Part shown: positions 53,377-64,000 of the stretch, piece after piece
How positions within the stretch are numbered: position 1 is the stretch's first letter
Layout of the letters: each line of letters begins with the position of its first letter
Assembly: GCA_964016885.1 (NCBI GenBank)
Contig: OZ024743.1
Coordinates: 197,594,001 to 197,658,000, forward strand
Length of the DNA: 64,000 nt
Direction: 5' to 3'
Origin: Eledone cirrhosa
Lineage: Eukaryota
Notes under the pieces: model-generated
What the model saw: the letters and a program-made list of their open reading frames with translations, nothing else
Database searches by the model: none
Told to the model about the DNA's origin: nothing
Made by a program: the position numbers and the translations under genes

Positions 53377-53945
53377 CATGTGTGTGCGCTTGGAAGTGAT
53401 CTAATTTTATACGCTGTAACGACTCTGAGGGAGATCTATCTACTACTAGAATGTGAAACTAACATGTAGAATCTACGCCGTGTATGTGTGTATATATGCA
53501 TGTGTATGTGTATGTGTGTGTGTGTGTTAGTGTGTTTGGAAGTGATCTAATTTTTCCATAATTAGCCATAGTTGGAGCGACAGCTTTCTTTCAATAATAT
53601 ACAAGTATTAATATAGAGTTATACTATAAACATAATTAGCGTAGGAGACCACTTAAATACGTTTCCTGTTATTGCGTTTACTTTAATGTTGAGCTCTGCT
53701 AACACACCCTTATAAGTATTTATTTTCATCGATTTTTATTCTTTTCTGGGAGTTTTGGTATCTTTAGAAATGGCGTGCGCGTGCTGCCACTTAGCGTCTC
53801 CACTTATCGTAATGAGATCTCGAACTTCTTAATCTTTAAGCGTTGATTTAGAGAGAGGGCTTCACTTTAAGTATTTACATATAATATCACCAACAAACTG
53901 ATCCAGCCGATACTTAGTACCGGTGCCAATGACATGACCCCCATA

Positions 53946-54254
53946 CAGGGCCGGATTTAATGGGGAGAAGGGGGTAACTGCCCCAGGCCCTCTGTAGTGG
54001 AGGGAGGGGCCCATCAGCGATGGCCCTAGCAATTTATTTGTGCCCTCAGTTAGACTTTTTCGTTTTAGGATGGTTAGAATTTTTTAACTTAATACCTGCA
54101 TGTATAACTTTTCAATTCCAATTACTTGCGCCAAGCTGACTTTGATATGTATAATTGTGGAGGGGGTGATGTGATGTGTATTCTATTTTTTTCTGTTTGA
54201 GGGGCACCCTAAACTTAAAGTGCCCCGGGTCCCCAAATTCTAAATTCAACTCTG
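53946..54254. mobile_element. Decayed hAT-like MITE
   Basis: Starts CAGGGCCGGATTTA and ends TAAATTCAACTCTG, with GCCCC.GG.CCC subterminal motifs. No target-site duplication is seen. Confidence 0.45.
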
Positions 54255-54720
54255 ATTATCACTACTAACACGTTAATAGTACTATGACAACTGATGTTAG
54301 ACCTCCGTCATTTCCATCGGCGAGTGTTTCAGTTGATTCAATCAATGTAACAGCTTGATCGTGAAACCTACGTGCAAATGTTTGAGCAATCTACAGATAC
54401 ATGCAGCTTTAACGTAGTTCTCAGGAAGATTCAGCGTGAAAGAGGATGTGAAAAAGTTGGCTTTTTTACTTACAGGTACAACTCATTTTTTGCCAGCTGA
54501 GTAACCAGGAGCAATGTAAATTAAAACTTCTTGCTGTAGGACACAACTGGAAATTGATCCGTAGTAGTTGAACGCATTTTATTCTTCAAGCTGTGTACAT
54601 ATGCATGTATGTATGCGCACACTTGTTTTGCAATCAACACACAAAAGAAAGTAATGTGCGCATAAAATGTTAGCTGTCGGTGTGCACTTTTTTTTTCGGA
54701 GAGGAAAATATTGTACTACG

Positions 54721-55084
54721 TACCTTTGGGTCCCAAATAATAGGGGGGGGGGGGGGGGGGGGGTTAGAATAAATGGTGGGGTTGGACATTTGCTTAAATC
54801 CTTATAAGCGGGAGTGTGGTGTGGAGGATGGGAGGTGTGTATGGAATAAACAAGGAGAGGGGTTGGGAAATCGGTAATTATATAGTCTAGTAAATATGAG
54901 ATTTCTTGTAATGTTCTTTTTTTTTGTAATATATGTTTGTTTTAATGTAAATTAAATTATTATTAGATTCTCCAGCTGCTGTATCAATATGAATCACTTA
55001 TAATAAAATTTCGCCGGAGATAGATTAAACAAATTTAATAAACATAGGGGGTGGGGTGGGGTGATTATTCAAGACCCGAGAGTA
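54721..55084. mobile_element. MITE with TA ends (Tc1/mariner-like)
   Basis: Left end TACCTTTGGGTCCCAAATAATA; the reverse complement of the right end is TACTCTCGGGTCTTGAATAATC. Confidence 0.5.
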
Positions 55085-56149
55085 AGCGTTTTTCACATCC
55101 CACACTAGCTGCTAAAAAGTTAGGAAAAATGTCAGTGACATCAAATGGTAGATATTTTATGGATCCCGGAATGGATAAAAAGCAAAATAGATTTCGGAAG
55201 GATTTGAACTGAGAACCCAAAGACCCTAACCAAATATTACAAACTTCGTCACCGACTTTCTAATGATTCTGTAAATTCATCGATACGATAGAATATAAAA
55301 TTGCATCCAATGGAGAATGAGCAGTTTATTTTTCACCCTCTTTCCCTTCCTTCTCTCTCCGTGTGAGATTTCCTGGGGTTGACTGAGGAGATGGGTCTGC
55401 CCTTTTTCCCGTTATTTTATCCTTTATCTTTGCACTGTGCACCCCCCGTTCTGGAATTTATATTCGAAAGCTTTAGCCACACGTTTTTTGTTTTTATATC
55501 TTACTAGAACACCCGTGACCCGTGACCCGTTGGGTCACGTTCAATTAAAATTATTTTTAAAAAATCATGTTCACTTTAAAATAATTTTTAAAGAATTAAA
55601 ATATATACAGGCATGTATATAATGTGAAATGAAACTGGAAGGCCCATATATATACGTGTGTGTATGTATATATAAATGTGTGTGTGTGTATATATACATA
55701 TATATATATGTATGTGTGTGTGTATATATATGTGGGTGTCTGTGATCTATATACACTGGTCATAGACACACACACACATATACACACACCCACATTCACA
55801 TATATATACACAACGACACCAGCTCTCTCTCTTCCATTCTCCCTCTCTGTCTCTCCTCCCCCTCTCTATGTCTCTCTTTGAATGTAGTCTCTCACAATCA
55901 TTATCTCTTTCTCTCTGTTTAGGTACCCGGAAAATCCCATATCACGGGAACCCGTGGTCCGATTTACGCGAAACTTGTTTTATTCCATTTGTATTCCTAT
56001 TTTAGGGGCAACTTCTTTTCAAATTATTTTCCCATTATGCGCTGTTTTGGCTGTATTACATTACAGACAAGCAAGCAAGCAATCAGAGAGTTTTAATAAT
56101 AAATATATAGATAGATTAATAGACGTTACACCATCCTGTCTGTTTCCTT

Positions 56150-56950
56150 GGTGTAGATATAGAGAGGGGGAGAGTTTGGTGTTAATTGATATATGAAGGG
56201 GGATTGGAAGAGAGTTCCGTGTAGGAGATATAGAGAGGGGGAGAGTTTGGTGTTAATTGATATATGAAGGGGGATTGGAAGAGAGTTCTGTGTAGGAGAT
56301 ATAGAGAGGGGGAGAGTTTGGTGTTAATTGATATATGAAGGGTGATTGAAAGAGAGTTCCGTGTAGGAGATATAGAGAGGGGGAGAGTGTGGTGTTAATT
56401 TATATATGACGGGGGATTGGAAGAGAGTTCTGTGTAGGAGATATAGAGAGGGGGGGAGAGTTTGGTGTTAATTGATATATGAAGGGGGATTGGAAGAGTT
56501 CCGTGAAGGAGATATAGAGAGGGGGAGAGTTTGGTGTTAATTGATATATGAAGGGGGATTGGAAGAGTTCCGTGAAGGAGATATAGAGAGGTGGATTGGA
56601 AGAGTATTCAGTGTAGTATATATAGAGAGGGGCAGAGTTTTGTGCTAATTGATATAGAGAGGGGCAATGATTGGTATTAACTGATATAAAGAGGGGGGTT
56701 GGGAGAGAGTTCCGGGTAGTAGATTTAAAGAGTTTGTTGTTACTTGATATCGGAAAGGGTATTGGAAGAGAGTGTTGTATGGTTGATGAAGAGAGAGGAG
56801 TGTTTGGTGGTTATGAATAGAATGAGAGAATAGATAGTGGTAGGTATTAATAGATATATAGAGAGGGAGAATTTGGTAGTGATGGATAGAATGAGAATGA
56901 ATGAGAGAGAGTGTGTTGCATGGTAGATATAGAGAGGGGTATAGTTTGGC
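56150..56950. repeat. 71-bp minisatellite decaying to the right
   Basis: GTTAATTGATATATGAAGGG at 56181, 56252, 56323 and onward. Confidence 0.88.
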
Positions 56951-57104
56951 GCTATGAAAGTGCATGGCTTAGTGGTTAGAGTATTGGGTTTGCAATCGAA
57001 AGGTCGTGAGTTCGATTCTCGGACCGGATGATGCGTTGTGTCCTTGAGCAAGACACTCGTTTCACGTTGCTCCATATGTATATATATATAGAATAGAAAA
57101 CGAA

Positions 57105-57748
57105 AAATCAGTGGGTTCCATAGAAGTGGTTGATAGCTTCCGGTACCTAGGTGATGAGATTATCATGAGAGCGAATGGTGTTTCGAGTCCATAGTATCTA
57201 GAATAAGGACGGGTTGGAAGAAGTTTAGGGAGCTGCTTGCTCTGTTGCCAAAGAAGGGTTTCTCCCTGCGTACGAAAGGCCGGTTATAATTTGCCTGTGT
57301 GAAATGCGCGGTGCTGCATGGTAGTGAGACATGGGCAGCAACTGCAGAGGATATGCGACGGCTGGAGAGAAATGAAGCAAGCATGCTCCGTTGGATGTGC
57401 AATGTCAATGTGTGCGAACGACCAAGCATAGATGAGTTGAGAGAGAAAATAAGAGGGATAAGTTGTAGTGTGTGGGAGAGAAGACTGCAATGGTATGGAC
57501 ATGTGATGCGCATGGAGGATGACTGCTGGGTAAAGAAGTGACAAGAAATCCAAGTAGAAGGAAGACGCAGTAGAGGAAGACCACGAAAAATATGGGCGGA
57601 GGTGTTGACAGCAGACCTCAGATTGCTGAAGTTCACAGAGGAGATGACGAAGGACCGTTACAAGTGGAGAGATTTTGTGCAGAATAGGACCCGTCCCACC
57701 CTTGCAAGCAAGCAGGGAAAAGCAGACGTAAAATGATGACGATGATGA

Positions 57749-57752
<4 letters not shown>
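57105..57752 (+). mobile_element. RTE-clade LINE 3' fragment, second family, with (TGA)n tail
   Basis: EVVDSFRYLG...RIRTGWKKFREL...VLHGSETWA...LERNEASMLRWMC...RRLQWYGHVMRM...GRRSRGRPRKIW, with stops. Confidence 0.88.
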
Positions 57753-57798
<46 letters not shown>

Positions 57799-58055
57799 AA
57801 GTATGACCCCGACGGCAGAGCTCAAGCCGTCTCGACGGCTATTTCTGGACTTTAGTGTTCAGAAATAGCCGTCGGGGTCATACTTTTTCCTATTTCCCAC
57901 TCTACTACCCTAAGTATTGAGTATTCTGGTGCATTATGGTCCATCTGGTTTCTTACCACAACTCCTCCGTTATATATATAATATATTTAATATATATTTC
58001 GTTTCTGAATTTGTTTAGCAAGATTCTTTATCTGAAATCGTGTGTTGAAACCGAT

Positions 58056-58468
58056 ATTGTTATACTTTGGGAGGGTCATGTTGCCAATAAGAAACACATG
58101 CACCAGTTGCTTTCACTTCAATTTAATTTAATATATATTTATAAATTTACAAATTTATAAATTTCTGGTTGGTTGGTTGGTTCCACAACCAGATAGTTGT
58201 TTATATATATATAGTCATAGTTCTTTCGTCACACACTCTGTGACCTCTTCAGTGACTGGGGATTTCTCACTGAAGAGGTCACAGAGTGTGTGACGAAAGA
58301 ACTATGACTATATATATATATAAACAACTATCTGGTTGTGGAACCAACCAACCAACCAGAAATTTATAAATTTGTAAATTTATAAATATATATTAAATTA
58401 AATTGAAGTGAAAGCAACTGGTGCGTGTGTTTCTTATTGGCAACATGACCCTCCCAAAGTATAACAAT
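58056..58468. repeat. Near-perfect palindrome (~200-bp arms, ~11-nt spacer) with back-to-back hammerheads at its centre
   Basis: 58056-58255 is the reverse complement of 58267-58468. Confidence 0.9.
58213..58257 (-). ncRNA. Type-I hammerhead ribozyme, family D; the mirror copy at 58267-58309 (+) has a truncated stem I
   Basis: Minus strand reads AGTCA-CTGAAGA-G-GTCACA-GAGTG-TGTGAC-GAAAG-AA-CTA-TGACT. Confidence 0.8.
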
Positions 58469-58482
58469 TTAATATATATATA

Positions 58483-58594
<112 letters not shown>

Positions 58595-59008
58595 ACAGTG
58601 AACAAAAGAAAGTGAGAGCAGAGGTTCTGCGTTTATATTAATCTGACTATTTCTACGCATTTATTTTAGTGTGTACAAGCTTACTTATGTATGTTTAGTT
58701 TTTCTTTGTTTATGTGAGCATAACACAACTAGAACTAGTTCACACACACACATATATATATATACACACATACACACACACATTAGCACACATACATATA
58801 TAATTATCACTATAAACTAGAGTACTTGGAGTCCATTGCCGCAACCAGTGTCCAGAAATTTCCTCTGGTATCTCGCTATCTAGTCAGATATGCTCTCCAG
58901 TATACGATCTGTTCTAACAACGGAAGATTGCTCTGTAAAATCTGCAGACAGCTTGTCGGCTACTAGAAACATTCTTTAGATTAAACTTTATATAACAACC
59001 CCGTCCCC

Positions 59009-59060
<52 letters not shown>

Positions 59061-59307
59061 GGAAAAAAATGAAACGAAATTTCATTTCTCACTCTTAGTA
59101 CGGCTGTTACTTAAATATAATATGTATACGTACATACATATATGTATACAGACGTACAGTAGTATGTATATATATATATATACATACATGCACATATATA
59201 TATATATATATATATATGTACGTATGGATTCACCGAACATTTATTATAATGCTCGGTGTGTTTGTAAACAAACATCCCGAATTAAGCCATTCAACACTGA
59301 CAAAGGA

Positions 59308-59350
59308 ACGCTGTACTAGTTTCAAGCTTATTAGCTTTCGTCAGCAACGT
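59308..59350 (-). ncRNA. Type-I hammerhead ribozyme, family B
   Basis: Minus strand reads ACGTTG-CTGACGA-AAGCT-AATA-AGCTT-GAAAC-TA-GTA-CAGCGT, with a perfect 5-bp stem II. Confidence 0.82.
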
Positions 59351-59588
59351 ATACCTTCCTGCCAGATGGTTGAACGTCTGAAAGTATATACTTTTCTTAT
59401 GCATATTAACGGCTGAGCAGCCTAATTTGCATATCGAGTGAGTTAATCGGCCGGGTGCACCGAAAACGATAAACAGAAAAAATGAAACGAAAAAATGAAA
59501 CGAAAATATGAAACGAAACTGCTCAGCCGTTAATATGAATAAGGAAAGTATATACTTTCAGACGTTCAATCATCTGGCAGGAAGGTAT

Positions 59589-59631
59589 ACGTTGCTGACG
59601 ATAGTTAATAAGCTTGAAACTTGTACAGCGT
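59589..59631 (+). ncRNA. Type-I hammerhead ribozyme, family B (inverted partner of 59308)
   Basis: ACGTTG-CTGACGA-TAGTTAATAAGCTT-GAAAC-TT-GTA-CAGCGT. Confidence 0.75.
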
Positions 59632-60095
59632 TCCTTTGTCAGTGTGAACAAATGAGCAACAATGGTCGCTAGACACTGTACGGCTTAATTCGGTATTTTT
59701 GTTTACAAACACACCGAGCATTATAATAAATGTTGGGTGAATCCATACGTACATATATATATGTGTGTGCATGTATGTATATATATATACATAGTACTGT
59801 ACGTCTGTATACATATATGTATGTACGTATACATACTTATATTTATATAGTACTGGTAAGAATGTTGGACTTACGATCATAATGTCGCGGGTTCGATTCC
59901 TGGGTTGCGTGTGTGTTCTTGATCAAAACACTTCAGTTCACGTTGCTCCAGTATACTCAGCTGGAAATGAGTACCAGCGATAGCTGGAGGTTTAACCCTG
60001 CGATGGACTGGCGTCCTGTCCAGTGGGGACACGCCATGAAACCGTGATAAACACCGGCCAAATGAGCCTTCTGGCTTAAGACAGACTTTAGACTT

Positions 60096-60131
<36 letters not shown>

Positions 60132-61654
60132 CTATGAAAACATTAGCAGTTTGGTAAGATTTAGAGTGCCGTCCCGCGATTAGAGAAGTCTTTGGGCCAC
60201 TGACTACCAAGAAAGCGACAAACTTAGTTTTGGAAACATATATATTGTAGATGGATAGGTAAAGTATCATAAGAATGGAGAAATAAAAAAAAAACTTTCA
60301 GAAAAGCCAGTATTGATGTAACTGCCATGTAAATAAATAATGAAAAGGCTGCATTGATAAACTTCCATACAGATATTCTAGTTTTCTTTTATAACAATAT
60401 TTTCTATGAAATGAAACAGGAAAGTGAAACATACTGAGTAGACAACATGGAAGCCTGCGGTGTAGTGAATTGGCTCTGTTATATAACAAATGTCAGATTT
60501 CTATATGTTGGTGGTCTCTTGTATTTGCATGTATGTTTATTTACCGCTAACATGTGTGCTATATACTGCTGGTGGCCTCACCATGCATTTGTTGTGATGA
60601 ATGTCACTGTTCCTGTAACTAATAAGTATAGTGAGTTTGACATTCGGTGGATGAATAACATTGCGACGCGTGGCACGATTCGAACGTTTGAACTGGTTCA
60701 CTTCAGCTTGACTTAGTCACGTTTATCACCGTATTACACGTTTAAATACCAATTTTATCCAACGCAAATAAAACATACTGACACTTAGCTGGCTTGTTAT
60801 CTCTAAAAATAGTCAAAATCAACGTGAAGGATTAATTAAATAATTAGCTCTCTTATCAGCAAACTTTGGCAACACATATTCATGTACTTTATAGAAACAT
60901 TGTCTGCCAAAAAGCTATTTCACAATACTTCTTATTCCTTGAGCAACGTTTTAAATCCACTGTTTGTTTGGCTTGCATGGCCTATCACAGTTTCTCTAGA
61001 GTTTCATTAACCAAGATATTCTAACTTACCAGTTATCAGCAGTCTCGTATTTGATCTGCTGGCACCCACCTAGTCAGTGATAAGGGGTATGCGTGGATTG
61101 TTGATGGGCAATTAAAGGCAACTGCAAAAGATCAAATATTTCAGACATTTTATGCGCATGGATAACGAAATAGATGACATATCGAACATAAAATACCCAC
61201 CAAACAAAGGAAGACGTAATAGAAACAAATAACATTTCTCCTCTACAGACATTTAGGCTTGAAATACTATATGTTTTTAAAGTTAAGCCATACGTTATCA
61301 CTATAATGTAAAATGAAATAGATTTCTTATGTTGAAAGTATTTTATTTTAAGTACGATTTTATTGTAGATTAATAGGACGTTATTATCTTTTTTCTGATT
61401 AGGGCGGTGGATTGGTAGAATCGGCAGAGCGTCGGATACTATGCCTTGCAGCATAACGTTACGGCCCTTTACGTTCTGAGTTCAAGACCCATTGAGTTCT
61501 AACAACGTTATCAACCCCACCATAAATGGGTGGATACCAGCATCAACAGTTTTCCAAGATATCTCAATATGAATGGACCTGTTATTTTTATCTAAAGACA
61601 TTTTTTTCAATCCGACACCGCCTGTCCTTTCAATCTATCTAATTTATTGTTGTT

Positions 61655-61690
61655 TCTTCTGATGAAGGACTAGCGTCCGAAACGTTGAGA
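61655..61690 (+). ncRNA. Minimal type-I hammerhead ribozyme, Penelope-type
   Basis: TCTT-CTGATGA-A-GGAC-TAGC-GTCC-GAAAC-GTT-GAGA, with palindromic AACGTT at stem III. Confidence 0.78.
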
Positions 61691-61771
61691 CCCTCTTTCA
61701 GCTATTTCAAGCGTTAACCTAATATATTCCTTCCATATACTGTACCGATTGTGTTGTTATTTCTGTTCAGC

Positions 61772-61852
<81 letters not shown>

Positions 61853-62135
61853 TATATATATATATATATTGTTATACTTGGGGAGGGTCATATTGTTATA
61901 ATATTGCCAGAAATAATAACAGAACAATAATAACAATACTGACTTAAGGGAAAGATAAATGAATAAATAAATAAATATATACACATGTACAATAACAACA
62001 AACACATATAAACACACACTAGTGAAGAAAGATAGAATACAAAAACGAAAACGAAAATGAATACACTGAAACATGAACTCACGCACCAAACATTAAACAC
62101 ACACGCAAACGCATGCAGAGAGACAGAGACAAGAA

Positions 62136-62174
<39 letters not shown>

Positions 62175-62218
62175 AAAATGGCGTAGACATTACAATACAA
62201 TGGGAGGAAACATAATAG

Positions 62219-62262
62219 TACCACTGATGATGTTGTAGATGTGCGACGAAAGAAATTTGATA
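62219..62262 (+). ncRNA. Decayed hammerhead motif, family D-related
   Basis: TACCA-CTGATGA-T-GTTGTA-GATG-TGCGAC-GAAAGAAATT-TGATA. Stem II is kept through G.U pairs. Confidence 0.55.
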
Positions 62263-62501
62263 GACTATATATATATTTATATCTGTATTTTTAACCACTG
62301 GTCAATCAATGATAAACATTGATTGTCAAATAAATTAACTATGGAGATATAAAGATACAGAAGCGAAAACCAACAAAACAATGAGTGTGTTCTGTTATTA
62401 TTTCTGGCAATATTATAACAATATAACCCTCCCCAAGTATAACAATATTTGTTTTGACACACGATTTCATATCAAAAACCTTGCAACACAAAAAAAAAAA
62501 G

Positions 62502-62532
<31 letters not shown>

Positions 62533-62693
62533 GATAAATCTATCAAATCCTCTGATAATTTGTAATATTTTTACATAGATCTATATGATATACATACCAA
62601 CACACATATACATCATCCCAGAAACGATAGTAAAATGATGAATTTTTTAATATAAGGAATTTGTTCTTTGTTTTTATTTCATTGTTTTTATCA

Positions 62694-62736
<43 letters not shown>

Positions 62737-63176
62737 GAAGGAAGTGTGGTAAGGAACCAGGTGGACCCTAACGTACCAGAGTACTCAATACTTAGGGTAG
62801 TAGAGTGGGTAATATTTCCAGAAATAGCCGTCGAAACGGCTTGAGCTCTGCCATCGAGGTCTATATATATATAAATTCAGGAAAGAGGGCTGAATAACCA
62901 TTATCCAGTCATGCATGTAAATTCCGATTTAAGTAGAACGTGTTTATTCTGAAGTTTACTGATTAACTCATGGTACTGTCATAAAGTCAAGTATACTTTC
63001 CACATAACTGCTGTCAACCAAAAATTAAAACACACACACATATATAATACATACATGGTTGTGCATATATATAGGAATAAAACATAACTCTAACACACAC
63101 AAATACACATGTACACACATATAAATATAGAAACGCACTTACACGCAACACGCATGCACGTAGACTTACGATTAAG

Positions 63177-63403
63177 AAGGGCGGTGAATTGGCAGTATCG
63201 GTAGAGCGTCGGGCAACATGCTTTGCAGCACATAGTTACGGCACTTTACGTTCTGAGTTCAAATCCCGCCGAGGTTAACTTTGCCTTTCATCTTTCCGGG
63301 GTCGATAAAATAAAGCACCAGTAATGCACTGGGATCAATTTAATCCACTTTCCCCTACTCTTCAAATTGCTGGCCTTGTGCCTAAAGTAGAATTAATTAT
63401 ATT
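63177..63403 (+). mobile_element. Full-length SINE family 1 copy (tRNA-like head, conserved central domain, AT-rich tail)
   Basis: GGCGGTGAATTGGCAG..GGTAGAGCGTCGG, then GAGTTCAAATCCCGCC, GCCTTTCATC...GGGGTCGATAAAATAAAG.ACCAG and GCTGGCCTTGTGCCTAAA. At least 15 copies or fragments occur in the window (also ~12200, 23740, 53080, 55150, 61400). Confidence 0.8.
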
Positions 63404-63624
63404 AGCGATAAGAATGAATAATCCATAGAGGAAACGAGAATATTTCTTTCTACAAGAGTTTAGCAAAGAGCTCAGTAAAGGAGAAGAAAAATCCAAATTT
63501 TAGGGAGATAAAATAAAAATATAAATTTGTTTAAACAGAATGACACGTGGAAAATAAATCAAAGTATATACATATTCAATATATCCTTAATATATATATA
63601 CCTTAATTTATCTTTTACACTTAA

Positions 63625-63665
<41 letters not shown>

Positions 63666-63753
63666 TATTTATCTTAATTTATCTTTTATATTTAATCTAC
63701 ACACACATATACATATATTATATATATATTATATTATATATATATATTACATA

Positions 63754-63811
<58 letters not shown>

Positions 63812-64000
63812 AATATATATATTCATTCATTCATACATAAACTTACCCACCTACCTAGGTACCAACCTACATCCCTACCTACATACATACAAGCATACAT
63901 ACACACATACATACAAACATAATACATACATACATACATAAATATATACATACATACATACATGATGGCTGCCCCCTCGTTATCGAGTATGGCCATTGCA

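Noticed and set aside
55495-55990. Possible non-autonomous Helentron (TACTAG..ACCCGTGACCCG.., CACGGGAACCCGTG hairpin)
   Set aside because: Termini cannot be defined from one decayed copy.

Overview
Eukaryotic, AT-rich, repeat-saturated animal DNA. The SINE families and dense (TA)n/(CA)n/(GA)n tracts resemble cephalopod (octopus-like) genomes, which is my inference. No intact host gene can be supported, and most ORFs in the track are microsatellite artefacts. Supported coding remnants: (1) a decayed Helitron/Helentron-type Rep gene (2345-6190) that stops before the helicase and carries a degenerate 2A-like motif, with a possible BTB/BACK-like fragment and a fold-back module beside it; (2) a near full-length but inactivated Tx1/L1-clade LINE (32475-38360) with an ORF1 zinc knuckle and an APE-RT-zinc finger ORF2, flanked by a 24-bp duplication and inserted in the tail of an RTE copy; (3) four RTE-clade 3' fragments; (4) a Penelope-like GIY-YIG endonuclease fragment; (5) many tRNA-derived SINEs and a few MITEs. 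The main observation is non-coding. More than 20 intact or decayed type-I hammerhead ribozyme motifs (stem I-CUGANGA-stem II-GAAA-stem III-NUH-stem I) from at least 5 sequence families are readable by eye, with compensatory base changes between copies. They sit in short non-coding repeats lodged in (TA)n tracts, arranged as partial tandem, circularly permuted or palindromic copies. One tandem pair would release a 465-nt monomer RNA. This resembles Penelope-derived, retrozyme-like mobile RNAs. All folds and coordinates were read manually, and nothing was computed or searched.
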